NCBI GenBank assembly: GCA_050951765.1
Contig: JBMNJR010000015.1
Coordinates: 159,591 to 223,590 of the forward strand
DNA: 64,000 nt
Source of the DNA: a bacterium
GTDB lineage: Bacteria; Bacillota; DTU030; JBMNJR01
Direction of reading: 5' to 3'
Positions within the stretch are counted from its first letter, which is position 1. Every line of letters starts with the position of its first letter. Positions 20,473-30,323 of the stretch are shown here, piece by piece. The translations under genes and the position numbers were made by a program. The notes beneath the pieces are model-generated. The model was not told the DNA's origin and ran no database searches. It saw nothing but the letters and a program-made list of their open reading frames with translations.

Positions 20473-21885
20473 ATGTTTAGTTGGCTAGCCAGGAGGTTGG
20501 GTGATGCTGTAGTGGATGACATGCTTCGCCGGATGTATCGCGAACACTATACCCGTAATATTTATGCTCCCATTACTGTTTTTGATAAAGTGGGGTTCCA
20601 TAATTTCATGGAAGCTGAAATGCGGGCGGCTGGGGGAAAGCCGTTGGAGCGGCCTTTAGGCAGCCCGGTTGTGCTTTCTGCTTGGGAACAAATTTTGCTC
20701 AATCCGGTCCATCTATTTCGCTTTCCTACAACTGCCGATACAAGCATTGATACTGGTGTAGTTATCGGCCCCAGGGCTCGAAGGCCATTGCAGTTGCAGA
20801 TTCCCATTATGATAGCCGCCATGTCTTATGGAGGCGCATTGAGCCTGCGGGCAAAAATCGCCTTCGCCCGGGCAGCTACTATGGCAGGTACTGCAACCAA
20901 TTCCGGCGAGGCTCCTTTAATTACCGAAGAAAGGGAAGCGGCAAGTCATTTTATTGGTCAGTATTCACGAAGTGGCTATATGACTGATCCGGATGATCTT
21001 AAACAGCTTGACGCTATTGAAATTCAGTTGGCGCAAGGCGCCCAGGCGGCTGCACCTCTTTCTCAACCCGCCAAATTTATTGGCCGCGAAATGCGAAAGC
21101 GTTTTCATCTGCAACCGGGTCAGCAGCAAAAAGTACCATCACGGCTGCCTGGGATAAATAGTAAGGAAGAGTTTATAAAACTGGTCGGTTCCCTGCGAGG
21201 GGATTACGATGTGCCGGTAGGAGTGAAATTTGCCGCTACCCATCATTTGGAAAAAGAACTGGCCATTATTCTGGAAGCAGGGGTGGATTTTATTGTTGTT
21301 GACGGGTCTGAGGGGGGTACTCATGCCGGCCCGCCCATTCTGCAAGATGATGTTGGTTTGCCCACCCTCCCTGCCCTCATCCGTACAGTCCGGTTTCTGG
21401 AAAACAGCGGCGCCAGGGATGGGGTTAGTCTCATTATTGCCGGCGGTTTATTTACCCCTGGCCAGTTCTTGAAGGCCTTGGCTTTGGGCGCTGATGCCAT
21501 TTATATTGGGACCATTGCTGTTATTGCCATGCTGAGTGAGCAGTTGACAAAAGCAATGCTTTGGGAACCCCCGACCCAGGTGCCTTTGTATACAGGTAAA
21601 TACAAGCAGCAATTGAAAATCGACCAAGGGGCGAACCGTCTCTACAATTTTTTGCGTGCTTCGGTTAAGGAAATGGAATTGGCCACTTATGCTTTAGGGA
21701 AAAAGTCCTTCCGGGAACTGAATAAAACTGATTTAACCACTACGGATCGTGAGCTTGCCCGCGCCGCAGGAATTGGATGGGCATATATGCCTGCAGAAGG
21801 GCGAGATGGTTTTCCCGTGGAACAGGCAGTTGAATTACCTTTTACCAATAAACGGGAAGAAGAACATCCGCCGGTGTTTCACTGA
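20473..21885 (+). CDS. FMN-binding glutamate synthase family protein (GltS central-domain-like)
   Basis: 470 aa ORF; overall resemblance to the glutamate-synthase FMN/TIM-barrel domain family (Gly-rich segment around GLFTPGQFLKALALGADAIYIGT); family-level call only. Confidence 0.75.
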   Translation: MFSWLARRLGDAVVDDMLRRMYREHYTRNIYAPITVFDKVGFHNFMEAEMRAAGGKPLERPLGSPVVLSAWEQILLNPVHLFRFPTTADTSIDTGVVIGPRARRPLQLQIPIMIAAMSYGGALSLRAKIAFARAATMAGTATNSGEAPLITEEREAASHFIGQYSRSGYMTDPDDLKQLDAIEIQLAQGAQAAAPLSQPAKFIGREMRKRFHLQPGQQQKVPSRLPGINSKEEFIKLVGSLRGDYDVPVGVKFAATHHLEKELAIILEAGVDFIVVDGSEGGTHAGPPILQDDVGLPTLPALIRTVRFLENSGARDGVSLIIAGGLFTPGQFLKALALGADAIYIGTIAVIAMLSEQLTKAMLWEPPTQVPLYTGKYKQQLKIDQGANRLYNFLRASVKEMELATYALGKKSFRELNKTDLTTTDRELARAAGIGWAYMPAEGRDGFPVEQAVELPFTNKREEEHPPVFH

Positions 21886-22081
21886 GGGTTGTGGCAAAAG
21901 ATAAGTTTTCCTTAGACTTTATGGTCTGGTGTGCCACTAACCAGATAATCATCCAGATTGGGTGAAGGGTGATAGCAGGAAATCGTGATGATTAATGGAA
22001 TCCATCCTTACCGGCATTTTGGCGGCAGACTGTCCCACAACATTACTTTTCCCTACATCTAAATATCCATGTTGTTTATCA

Positions 22082-22107
22082 AGCCCCGGTTTCACCGGGC
22101 TTTTTTG
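22082..22107 (+). terminator. rho-independent terminator
   Basis: AGCCCCGGT-TTC-ACCGGGCT hairpin followed by TTTTTT; lies about 200 nt downstream of the gltS-like stop. Confidence 0.6.
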
Positions 22108-22262
22108 CTTCAATTAATAGGAACATTTTATATTTGCAGGTTAATTTAGCAATCTCCGGTGCTTGCGAAAGGATTTTAGCTGGTTATTGAGTAATTCATA
22201 CTTTAAGTGGGTTACCGGGCTTTGTGATAAGTCAAGTCTGTTTAACCAGGAGGTGACAAAAA

Positions 22263-23960
22263 GTGTTGCTTGATTTATTAATCAAGAATGTATATGTGTA
22301 TAATTCATACTATAAGGAGTTTATTGTAGAGGACGTAATTATTAAAGACGGACGTTTTTTGTATATGGGGAAAGAATGGGACACAGGTTTAGAGTTTCAG
22401 GAAGTTATAGACGGCCAAGGTTACTATATGATTCCAGGATTAATTGATATCCACCTGCATATAGAAAGCTCAATGACTACACCGTCTCAATTTAGTGCTG
22501 CCATTATTAGACATGGTACAACTACTGTGGTTGCGGATCCGCACGAGATAGCCAACGTTTTAGGGATCGAGGGCATCAAAGCTATGATCGATTCTTATAA
22601 TGGGGATGGGGTAGATATATTTTACGGCATTCCCAGTTCTGTGCCTTCTACTTCGCAAGCATTAGAGACTACCGGTGGCCGGATTGGGTTGGCTGAGGTT
22701 CTTGACCTATTAAAGCTGAAACAGGTTTGCTGTTTGGGGGAAGTGATGAATTGCAAAGATTTAGTAGCAGTTGGGCCTACATTGATTAAACAGATCATTG
22801 GTTTAGTTAAAAAACAAGAACAGCACCTGCCAATAGAAGGACATTGCCCGAAAATATCTGGGTATGAACTGGCAAATTATATATATAATGGGGTTGATTC
22901 AGATCATACTCAACAGACGCCGGAGACCATAGCAGAAAAAATTAAAAATGGCATGTTTATGGAAATTCAGAGCAAATCACTTACACAAGACAATATTACG
23001 TATTTGGTTAAGCATAATTTATTTGAGCATTTTTGTTTTGTAACTGATGATGTTATGGCAGATAAACTGATGGCCGGCCATCTAAATTTATTAATAAAGG
23101 ATGCAATTAAATTGGGGATGGCAGCGGAAGATGCCATTTATGCAGCTACATATACCCCTGCTTTACGCATGGGTATGAAAGATCGAGGCAGTATTGCCCC
23201 TGGAAAAATCGCTGATTTTATTCTCTTACAGGATAAAAATAAGTTTATGATTGATGCTGTGTATAAAAATGGGAAAAAAGTGGAGACCTCCGATAATGGT
23301 GCAGGATGTTATTTTCCAAGACATTTTTATCGTAGTGTCAAGTTAAGCCCTGTTTCGCAACAGGATTTTATGTTAAATGTACCTATGGAGACGGGACGGG
23401 TAAGGTGCAGAGTTATGTATGTTACCCCTGATACTACATTTACCCAAGCGGGAGAAGGGGCATTGAATATTATAAATAATGAGCTGCAATGGGAAGATAG
23501 CGCATATTGTCTGATCTGTGTTTTTGAACGATATACAGGGAGTGGGCGTAAAGGGGTAGGTTTGGTTGGAGGTTCCATAATCAAAGAAGGGGCAATTGCT
23601 ACAACATATGCCCATGATCACCACAACCTGCTAGTCATGGGCAGGAATAAAAGGGATATGGAGGTAGCAGCTAATTGGGTTATTGCAAACCAGGGGGGGT
23701 ATTGTGTAGTTAAGAATGGGCAAGTGATAGCAGCTTTGGAATTACCTATTGGCGGGATATTATCAGCGGAAAATGTGCAGGTAATTGGGAGTAAATTGAA
23801 AAAAATAAGAGTAGCTATGCAGGCAATGGGATATCAGCATCAAAAAGAGATAATGTCCTTTAGTACTCTGTCCCTTCCGGTCAGCCCAAGTCTCAAAATT
23901 ACCGATCAGGGGTTAATAGATGTGAGGAAGCAGGAAATTGTGCAGTTGATAATCGACTAA
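22263..23960 (+). CDS. ade: adenine deaminase
   Basis: amidohydrolase metal site PGLIDIHLHIESS and TTTVVADPHEIANV typical of adenine deaminase; about 565 aa. Confidence 0.85.
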   Translation: MLLDLLIKNVYVYNSYYKEFIVEDVIIKDGRFLYMGKEWDTGLEFQEVIDGQGYYMIPGLIDIHLHIESSMTTPSQFSAAIIRHGTTTVVADPHEIANVLGIEGIKAMIDSYNGDGVDIFYGIPSSVPSTSQALETTGGRIGLAEVLDLLKLKQVCCLGEVMNCKDLVAVGPTLIKQIIGLVKKQEQHLPIEGHCPKISGYELANYIYNGVDSDHTQQTPETIAEKIKNGMFMEIQSKSLTQDNITYLVKHNLFEHFCFVTDDVMADKLMAGHLNLLIKDAIKLGMAAEDAIYAATYTPALRMGMKDRGSIAPGKIADFILLQDKNKFMIDAVYKNGKKVETSDNGAGCYFPRHFYRSVKLSPVSQQDFMLNVPMETGRVRCRVMYVTPDTTFTQAGEGALNIINNELQWEDSAYCLICVFERYTGSGRKGVGLVGGSIIKEGAIATTYAHDHHNLLVMGRNKRDMEVAANWVIANQGGYCVVKNGQVIAALELPIGGILSAENVQVIGSKLKKIRVAMQAMGYQHQKEIMSFSTLSLPVSPSLKITDQGLIDVRKQEIVQLIID

Positions 23961-24064
23961 AAGTGTTTCCGAGCGGAGAACATACATTGCGCGAGGCAAA
24001 TTAGGTGGCGGGAACCGGTAGGTGTATAGTGAAAATAAAAATAATTAAAGAGGGGGAAAGAATC

Positions 24065-24190
24065 ATGGAGTTTTTTGGCTTACTAGCACCGGTTGCTTTT
24101 GTCATTGCTTTGGCAGCACTTGCCCAAGTGGGCACATTAAAAAAGGATGTGGAGCTGTTAAAGGAAAAGTTATCCAAGAATGATTGCTAA
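24065..24190 (+). CDS. small single-TM peptide (41 aa) with charged C-terminus
   Basis: strong RBS GAGGGGGAAAG then ATG; MEFFGLLAPVAFVIALAALAQVG hydrophobic helix followed by a KKDVELLKEKLSKNDC tail. Confidence 0.35.
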   Translation: MEFFGLLAPVAFVIALAALAQVGTLKKDVELLKEKLSKNDC

Positions 24191-24241
24191 GAGGTCATCC
24201 CACCATTTTGGCGCAATAGGTTTCCGGGGTAACACTAAGCC

Positions 24242-24291
24242 TTGACAAAAAAGCTGGTGATAAAGTATATTATTATTAAGTTAGTAACTTA
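24242..24291 (+). promoter_or_regulatory. putative promoter (TTGACA-18-TATATT) with 7-1-7 palindrome TAAGTTAgTAACTTA (likely Rrf2 operator)
   Basis: -35 at 24242-24247, -10 at 24266-24271; perfect palindrome at 24277-24291 between the -10 and the Rrf2 start codon. Confidence 0.4.
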
Positions 24292-24313
24292 TATTTATTT
24301 GCAGGTGATTTAA

Positions 24314-24706
24314 ATGGTCAGCAATAAAACCGAGTATATTTTGAAAATCCTAATTAACCTTGCTCAACGTGAATGCAGTGAGTTTATTTCATCACGGGTA
24401 GTAGCAGATGAGGAAGGAGTACCGCCCAAATTTATGCCGCAGTTGATGTCAAGCTTGGTGAAAAGAGGGTGGGTAGAATCTGTGCGTGGTATTAATGGAG
24501 GCGTTCGTTTGGTGGCGGATCCGCACAAGCTCAGTGTTTTAGATGTAATTGAGTTGGCAGAGGACTCGTTTTTAGTGAAAAAGTGTGCTACCGGCATTTG
24601 TTCTTTTCAAAAACAGGACACTTGTAACCTGTTGCCGTTGTGGCGGAAAGCACAAAAGAATTTGGAAGAGGTTATGGGTAGCATGTCCATAGCTGATTTA
24701 ATCTAG
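24314..24706 (+). CDS. Rrf2-family transcriptional regulator
   Basis: N-terminal wHTH (EYILKILINLAQ...ISSRVVADEEGVPPKFMPQLMSSLVKRGWVESVRGINGGVRL) and Cys cluster (CATGICSFQKQDTC) characteristic of Rrf2/IscR-type regulators. Confidence 0.8.
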   Translation: MVSNKTEYILKILINLAQRECSEFISSRVVADEEGVPPKFMPQLMSSLVKRGWVESVRGINGGVRLVADPHKLSVLDVIELAEDSFLVKKCATGICSFQKQDTCNLLPLWRKAQKNLEEVMGSMSIADLI

Positions 24707-24787
24707 TGAGTATTGATGTATGAACGCATAAGTAAAACTCACAAGAAGGAGCCGATTTATTCCCCTTTGTGAGTTTTACTTTTTTGT

Positions 24788-25707
24788 TTAGTTGCCATCG
24801 GCTGCAGCTGTTTTGGGCAGCTCATGTTTTGTGAAGGCACCTCGTAAGGATGCTTTCAACGTATCGCCCCGTAGTCCGCACCGTAGGGCCTCTAAGGCTA
24901 AAACATCTTGCGGCTGGATATTGCCTAAATTTACGTTAGGTCCGAAACGCAAGATCAAGCTTTGTTGTTGATTTTTTAAGGGTGCTTCCCAAATTAGCGG
25001 AGTAACGTCTGGGAGGCCTTCAATTAGATGTTCAAGGTCTTCTTGGAGTAGCCGCCCTTCTTGGTCGTAAATAACCACTCCTTTCCTTGATTCCCTCCCT
25101 TCGATAATAGTCCCCAGGACACCTGCTTTCAGGTCACTTAAGATTTGTTCTTGCATTCTTTTTCCCGGCAATCGTTCTTGCGGGTCTTTTTTCCCTACTT
25201 CACTTATTACTTGCAGGCCGTAATCTTGAGCTTGCCGAATAGCCTTAAGACGCACGGCATGGGACATGTCGATAGTGCCATCGGATACTTCCACATGGGT
25301 AAACCCTAATTCAACTGCCCGTTTAAGAAAGCTTTTTAGTTTGTCTTGCAGAATAGCTATTTCCAAAAATGTACCGCCGGGGAAAATATCTACACCATAG
25401 GACTTGACTAACTGGATTTTTCCCCGGAGCAGGTTTGTGGAGTAAAAAGCTGAAGTGCCAAAGGATAATTTGATCATATCGATATAGTCAGATGCAAGGT
25501 TTAATAAATCTTGTGTATCGGTAGTCCCAGTCCTTTGTCTATGACCATGGTGAGTCCTGTTGGCCGTGGTTTATTTTTTTGCCCCGGAACCGGAAAGTCA
25601 AAAACTTCATGCCAAGCCTTGTGGTTCAAGAGTAGAAGTAGAATCCCTCCTTTATTGTTTAGTTGGGTTTCTTTACGCATTCTATTCTTCGGGATGGCTA
25701 ATGGCAT
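24788..25707 (-). pseudogene. comA: (2R)-phospho-3-sulfolactate synthase ComA, disrupted by a 1-nt frameshift
   Basis: two adjacent minus-strand ORFs (25707-25501 and 25477-24788) in different frames together span the full ComA fold. The N-terminal part ends ...PRPTGLTMVIDKGLGLP; the second frame continues ...DTQDLLNLASDYIDMIKLSFGTSAF...PGGTFLE, matching archaeal/bacterial ComA. The frames switch near 25517-25525. Confidence 0.7.
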
Positions 25708-25958
25708 CTTGTCTCTTTTATTTTATTATTATGTGTTTGGTGATGGTTATATTGGTTTGGAGTAAACTATGTGGAAAATTATTCTCAATAACATATTTAT
25801 TTGGTTATTTGTCCATTACTAATGCATATTTCCAGAGAAAGGAGTTAAAGGTTTTATAGCGAACTCTAATTGTAATAACTGTCATAGGGAGGTGTATTAC
25901 ACCATATAAGGATTGAGAGGAGTAAATATTATGTTAATCCGAGGGAGGCGGATGATAA

Positions 25959-26267
25959 ATGCCGAAGAAGCATGATGCGATCTTGATCAATGAAAAAGAC
26001 AATGTGGCAGTAGCTATTAGGGAACTTGTTGCGGGCGAACAAGCTGTTGTCAGAGGGGAGTCGACGGTAACAGAAATACCGGTTATACAGCCTATTCCAT
26101 TTGGCCATAAGTTTGCGCTGAAAGATATTGAAACCGGAACCAAAGTACTGAAATACGGTGCAGTCATAGGCAAGGCAATTAAGGATATCAAACAAGGGGA
26201 GCATGTGCACGATCATAATATTGAAGGTCTGAGAGGGAAAATCAATGGGGGCAAGGAGGGGCAATAA
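25959..26267 (+). CDS. UxaA-family hydro-lyase small subunit (SAF domain; SuyA-like)
   Basis: SAF/altronate-dehydratase N-domain pattern DNVAVAI..L..GE.V...IPFGHKFALKDI..G..V.KYG..IG.A...I..GEHVH.HN; RBS GAGGGAGG. Confidence 0.75.
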   Translation: MPKKHDAILINEKDNVAVAIRELVAGEQAVVRGESTVTEIPVIQPIPFGHKFALKDIETGTKVLKYGAVIGKAIKDIKQGEHVHDHNIEGLRGKINGGKEGQ

Positions 26268-27413
26268 ATGAAATTTTGGGGTTATACTCGGCCTGACGGG
26301 CAGGTTGGAATTAGAAATCATCTTTTGGTTATTTCAACTGTTGTGTGTGCCAATGGAACGGCAAAAAAAATTGCCGATCAGATTATGGGGGCAGTTGCCA
26401 TAACTCACGAACACGGCTGTGGTGCTCATTATCCTGCTGATGTTGGGCAAACCCACAGGACATTGGTCGGGTTTGGTAAAAACCCCAATGTGGGAGCTTG
26501 TATTGTGGTAGGGTTAGGGTGTGAAGGAGTAAAGCCGGCTAAGGTAGCTGCTGATATTGCCCAATCGGGCAAGCCGGTTGCCTGTATTGTCATTCAAGAG
26601 GAAGGCGGTACGGTAAATGCCATTAGCCGGGGTGCTAAGGTGGGGCGAGAAATGCTAGAAGATCTTTCTCGGCAGAGAAGGGAAGAACATAACTTAGAGA
26701 AGCTTATTTTAGCATTGGAGTGTGGCGGTTCTGATACCACTTCGGGAATTGCGGCTAACCCTGCCGTTGGCGTGGCCAGCGACCTATTAATTAATAATGG
26801 GGGCACTTCCATTCTTTCGGAAACTACGGAACTAGTAGGGGCAGAGCACATCTTGGCCGAACGGGCTGTCAATGAAGAAGTAGCCAAACAAATATTAGAT
26901 GTAGTTGCCCGGGCGGAAACCCATGGACATAACTTGGGCTATAATATGAGCAATCTTGCTCCGGGAAACAGGGCAGGAGGTCTATCTACAGTTGAGGAAA
27001 AGTCTTTAGGGTGTGTGCATAAGGCGGGAAGTGCAATTGTGCAGGAAGTGATTGATTATGCCTATATACCGACAAAGCAGGGTTTAATTATTATGGATAC
27101 GCCCGGCTATGATGTGGAATCAATTACCGGTATGGTTGCCGGCGGGGCGCAAGTAGTAGTATTTACCACAGGAAGGGGTACTCCGGTGGGTTGTCCTATT
27201 GCTCCGGTGATTAAAGTTACAGGCAATACTTCCACCTTCCAGAAGATGCAAGACAATATTGATATTAATGCCGGGAAGATTGTGGATGGCGTGAACACAG
27301 TCCAAGAGGTAGGTGAAGAGATTTTTGCGGAAATATTAGCTGTAGCCAATGGTAAGTTGACCAAAGCGGAACAATTTGAATTAGGCGAATTTGCTATTTG
27401 GCGGCTAGCATAA
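26268..27413 (+). CDS. UxaA-family hydro-lyase large subunit (altronate dehydratase C-domain-like; SuyB-like)
   Basis: WGYTRPDGQVGIRNHLLVI...C..GTA N-terminus typical of the UxaA C-terminal catalytic domain; start adjacent to the small-subunit stop (translational coupling). Confidence 0.8.
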   Translation: MKFWGYTRPDGQVGIRNHLLVISTVVCANGTAKKIADQIMGAVAITHEHGCGAHYPADVGQTHRTLVGFGKNPNVGACIVVGLGCEGVKPAKVAADIAQSGKPVACIVIQEEGGTVNAISRGAKVGREMLEDLSRQRREEHNLEKLILALECGGSDTTSGIAANPAVGVASDLLINNGGTSILSETTELVGAEHILAERAVNEEVAKQILDVVARAETHGHNLGYNMSNLAPGNRAGGLSTVEEKSLGCVHKAGSAIVQEVIDYAYIPTKQGLIIMDTPGYDVESITGMVAGGAQVVVFTTGRGTPVGCPIAPVIKVTGNTSTFQKMQDNIDINAGKIVDGVNTVQEVGEEIFAEILAVANGKLTKAEQFELGEFAIWRLA

Positions 27414-27517
27414 AATAATTATTCGGGTATACTCAGTATATGTTTCAGTGCATATTTGTACCGCTATGGGCTTAGTTATTCGCATCGTAAATTTACTTGG
27501 CAAGGAGGTGTGAAGGC

Positions 27518-28639
27518 GTGAAAATTACCGATGTTGAGGCTATTTGGGTTAGTCTTTCGGAGATGAAACTGATTGCCGACTCAACACAACAGGCGGTAAT
27601 TGTTCGCATCAAGACCGATGAAGGTATTGAAGGGATTGGCGAGACTCATACAGCACCTTATGTAATTAAAGCAATAATTGAAACCGATTCATCTGGGATA
27701 GTAGCCCAGGGCATTCGTTCTCTTTTAATTGGCGAGAATCCTTTAGATATTGAACGGTTGTGGCATAAAATGTATTATTTTACATCACGGTTTGGAAGAC
27801 GGGGGGCTGTCCTCAATGCTATCAGTGCTGTTGATATAGCGCTCTGGGATCTTTTAGGCAAGTATACTGGCTTGCCTGTCAGTACTTTATTGGGCGGCCG
27901 TTTCCGGGAGGAAGTTTCAGCTTATGCCAGTGTGTTAATGCCGGACACTCCGGAGGAAGCGCGGGATCTGGCCTTAGAGATTAAGGCGCAAGGTTTTCAA
28001 GCGGCAAAATTTGGTTGGGAAACCTTAGGCTCCGATTTGGTTGCTGACCGAAAAAGGGTAGAAGCCATTCGAAAAGCTGTGGGCAGCGGTTTTGCAGTGA
28101 TGATTGATATTGGTTATGGGTTAGAGGTTCGCCATGCTATCCGTTTAGCACGCATACTAGAGGAGTACGATATTGCCTTTTTAGAGGAACCTTTATCTCC
28201 CGATAACTTGGCAGGTTTTGCTTGCCTCAGTGCAGCTACTACTGTGCCCATTGCAACCGGTGAGAAGGAAACAACCAGATTCGGGTTTCTGGAGCTGATG
28301 GAGCGGGGAAAAGTAAGTATTATCCAGCCGGATATTGCCCGCGCCGGAGGTCTTACGGAAGTGAAGAAAATTGCACTTTTAGCCGATCTAAAAGGAGTGG
28401 AACTTATTCCCCATTGTTGGAGTAATGATATTCTGGTGGCTGCTACAGTTCATTTTATCGCTGCCAGACCGGCTCATTGCTATTTAGAATACTGCCTGCT
28501 GGATAATCCCATCCGGCGGGAGCTGATCAAAGAGCCGCTTAGTGCGGTTAACGGGAAGGTGAGTGTCCCCAAAAGACCGGGATTGGGAATAGAGCTCAAT
28601 GAAGAAGTCCTTGCTAAATTAACTATCACCCAGTTCTAG
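27518..28639 (+). CDS. enolase-superfamily enzyme (mandelate racemase/muconate lactonising family; dehydratase or epimerase)
   Basis: MR/MLE N-terminal capping domain and barrel with metal ligands (IDIGYG..., EEP, ...DIARAGG); GTG with CAAGGAGG RBS. Confidence 0.8.
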   Translation: MKITDVEAIWVSLSEMKLIADSTQQAVIVRIKTDEGIEGIGETHTAPYVIKAIIETDSSGIVAQGIRSLLIGENPLDIERLWHKMYYFTSRFGRRGAVLNAISAVDIALWDLLGKYTGLPVSTLLGGRFREEVSAYASVLMPDTPEEARDLALEIKAQGFQAAKFGWETLGSDLVADRKRVEAIRKAVGSGFAVMIDIGYGLEVRHAIRLARILEEYDIAFLEEPLSPDNLAGFACLSAATTVPIATGEKETTRFGFLELMERGKVSIIQPDIARAGGLTEVKKIALLADLKGVELIPHCWSNDILVAATVHFIAARPAHCYLEYCLLDNPIRRELIKEPLSAVNGKVSVPKRPGLGIELNEEVLAKLTITQF

Positions 28640-28800
28640 AAATTTGTATAATAAATAACCTAGATAATAACTATTTACCGATAACAATTATTTGTTCTAG
28701 AGCTGTGCCAAAGTCATTCAGTATTAGTATGTTTGAAAAGGCAACTCTCATATAAGTTTACTAATATCTCTGATGTTAATTATGCAAAGGAGGTTCGAAC

Positions 28801-30198
28801 ATGAACAGTCAAAGCAACACAAATGCACAGGAATATATTGCCGGTTTAGTCAGGAGAGCAAGGGAAGCCCAGAAGATAGCTAACGGATATAGCCAAGAAA
28901 GAGTAGATAAACTTATGACGGCAGTATGCTGGGATATTGTAAAAGATGGTCCTGCCCAGGAAATATCAAGACTTGCTGTGGAAGAATCAGGTATGGGTAA
29001 TTATGAATCGAAATATGCGAAATTAATGGTTAAGTTGAGAGGCGCCCTGAGGGATATGAAAGGGGAAAAGTCCGTAGGGATAATTGAAAGAGATGAAAGT
29101 AAAGGCATAGTAAAGATTGCTAAACCTGTGGGAGTAGTGGGTGCCATAATTCCCTGTACAAATCCTGAGGCAACACCTGTGTTAAAGGCCATGATGGCTA
29201 TCAAAACACGGAATGCAGTTATTTTTGCACCACATCCGCGCACAAAGAAAACTAACACCTTTATTGTAAACCTGATGCGCCAAACGCTAAAACGGTATGG
29301 TGCCCCCGAAGACCTGCTGATACCAATAGAGGAACCAACTATGGAAATATCAAAAGAGCTAATGCGCCAGTGTGATCTTATATTAGCCACAGGCGGGAGC
29401 GGGATGGTTAAAGCAGCATATTCGTCAGGCACACCTGCTTATGGAGTAGGAGTAGGTAATGCAGTGGTAGTAGTGGATGAAACTGCAGATTTGAAAGATG
29501 CGGCATATAAGGTAATGCGCAGTAAAACATTTGATTTAGCGACAAGTTGTTCTACGGAAAACTCATTGGTTATACAAGAAAGTGTATATGATCAATTCTT
29601 GGAGCACCTGCAAGCACAAGGCGGTTATCTTGTCAATGCTGCGGAAAAAGAACTGCTGGAAAAAGGAATGTGGGTTGACGGGCATTTGAGCCGGGATATT
29701 GTGGCTCAATCTGCACAGACTATCGGTAAGGTGGCGGGAATAAATATCCCTGCAGACAAGAAGTTTATCATGGTGGAAGAAACGGGAATTGGTCCAGGAT
29801 TTCCGTTTTCCGGCGAAAAGCTATCTGTGGTGGTAACTCTATACAAGTATAAAGAATTTGGGGAAGCCATAGCGAAGGTAAACAAAATTACGGCGTACCA
29901 GGGAAGTGGTCACTCCTGCGGCATACATTCAACCGATAATGAGCGGATAATTGAGTTGGCATTGAATACTTTTACCAGCCGTGTGATGGTAAGGCAGCCA
30001 CAGTGTCTTGCCAATAGCGGCGCGTGGACAAACGGCATGCCTATGACATTGAGCCTTGGGTGTGGAACATGGGGCGGCAACATATCTTCCGATAACATCA
30101 CCTGGCACAAACTGATAAACACCACCTGGGTTTCCTTCCCCATTGAAAATAATCAGCCAACAGATGAAGAACTATTTGGTGAGATTATGAAAAAATAA
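28801..30198 (+). CDS. CoA-acylating aldehyde dehydrogenase (EutE/PduP-like)
   Basis: aldehyde dehydrogenase fold with catalytic Cys in TSCSTENS and nucleotide-binding GAIIPCTNP; about 465 aa, typical of acylating ALDHs. Confidence 0.75.
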   Translation: MNSQSNTNAQEYIAGLVRRAREAQKIANGYSQERVDKLMTAVCWDIVKDGPAQEISRLAVEESGMGNYESKYAKLMVKLRGALRDMKGEKSVGIIERDESKGIVKIAKPVGVVGAIIPCTNPEATPVLKAMMAIKTRNAVIFAPHPRTKKTNTFIVNLMRQTLKRYGAPEDLLIPIEEPTMEISKELMRQCDLILATGGSGMVKAAYSSGTPAYGVGVGNAVVVVDETADLKDAAYKVMRSKTFDLATSCSTENSLVIQESVYDQFLEHLQAQGGYLVNAAEKELLEKGMWVDGHLSRDIVAQSAQTIGKVAGINIPADKKFIMVEETGIGPGFPFSGEKLSVVVTLYKYKEFGEAIAKVNKITAYQGSGHSCGIHSTDNERIIELALNTFTSRVMVRQPQCLANSGAWTNGMPMTLSLGCGTWGGNISSDNITWHKLINTTWVSFPIENNQPTDEELFGEIMKK

Positions 30199-30323
30199 TG
30201 ATGCAATTAATATGGTAAAGCAGCACCTGGTGGGGTGCTGCTTTTAATTTAGTCGGTAAATTTGTGCTGAAAGTTTTTTGGGAGAATAGAAATTATTAGT
30301 AGGCGAGGATTGTGCAGGAGGGG

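Noticed and set aside
21900-22262. Purine riboswitch upstream of adenine deaminase
   Set aside because: Scanned the 370-nt leader for the conserved purine-aptamer loops (UAUA...GGGA...UUUCUACC...CCGUAAAUU); none found.
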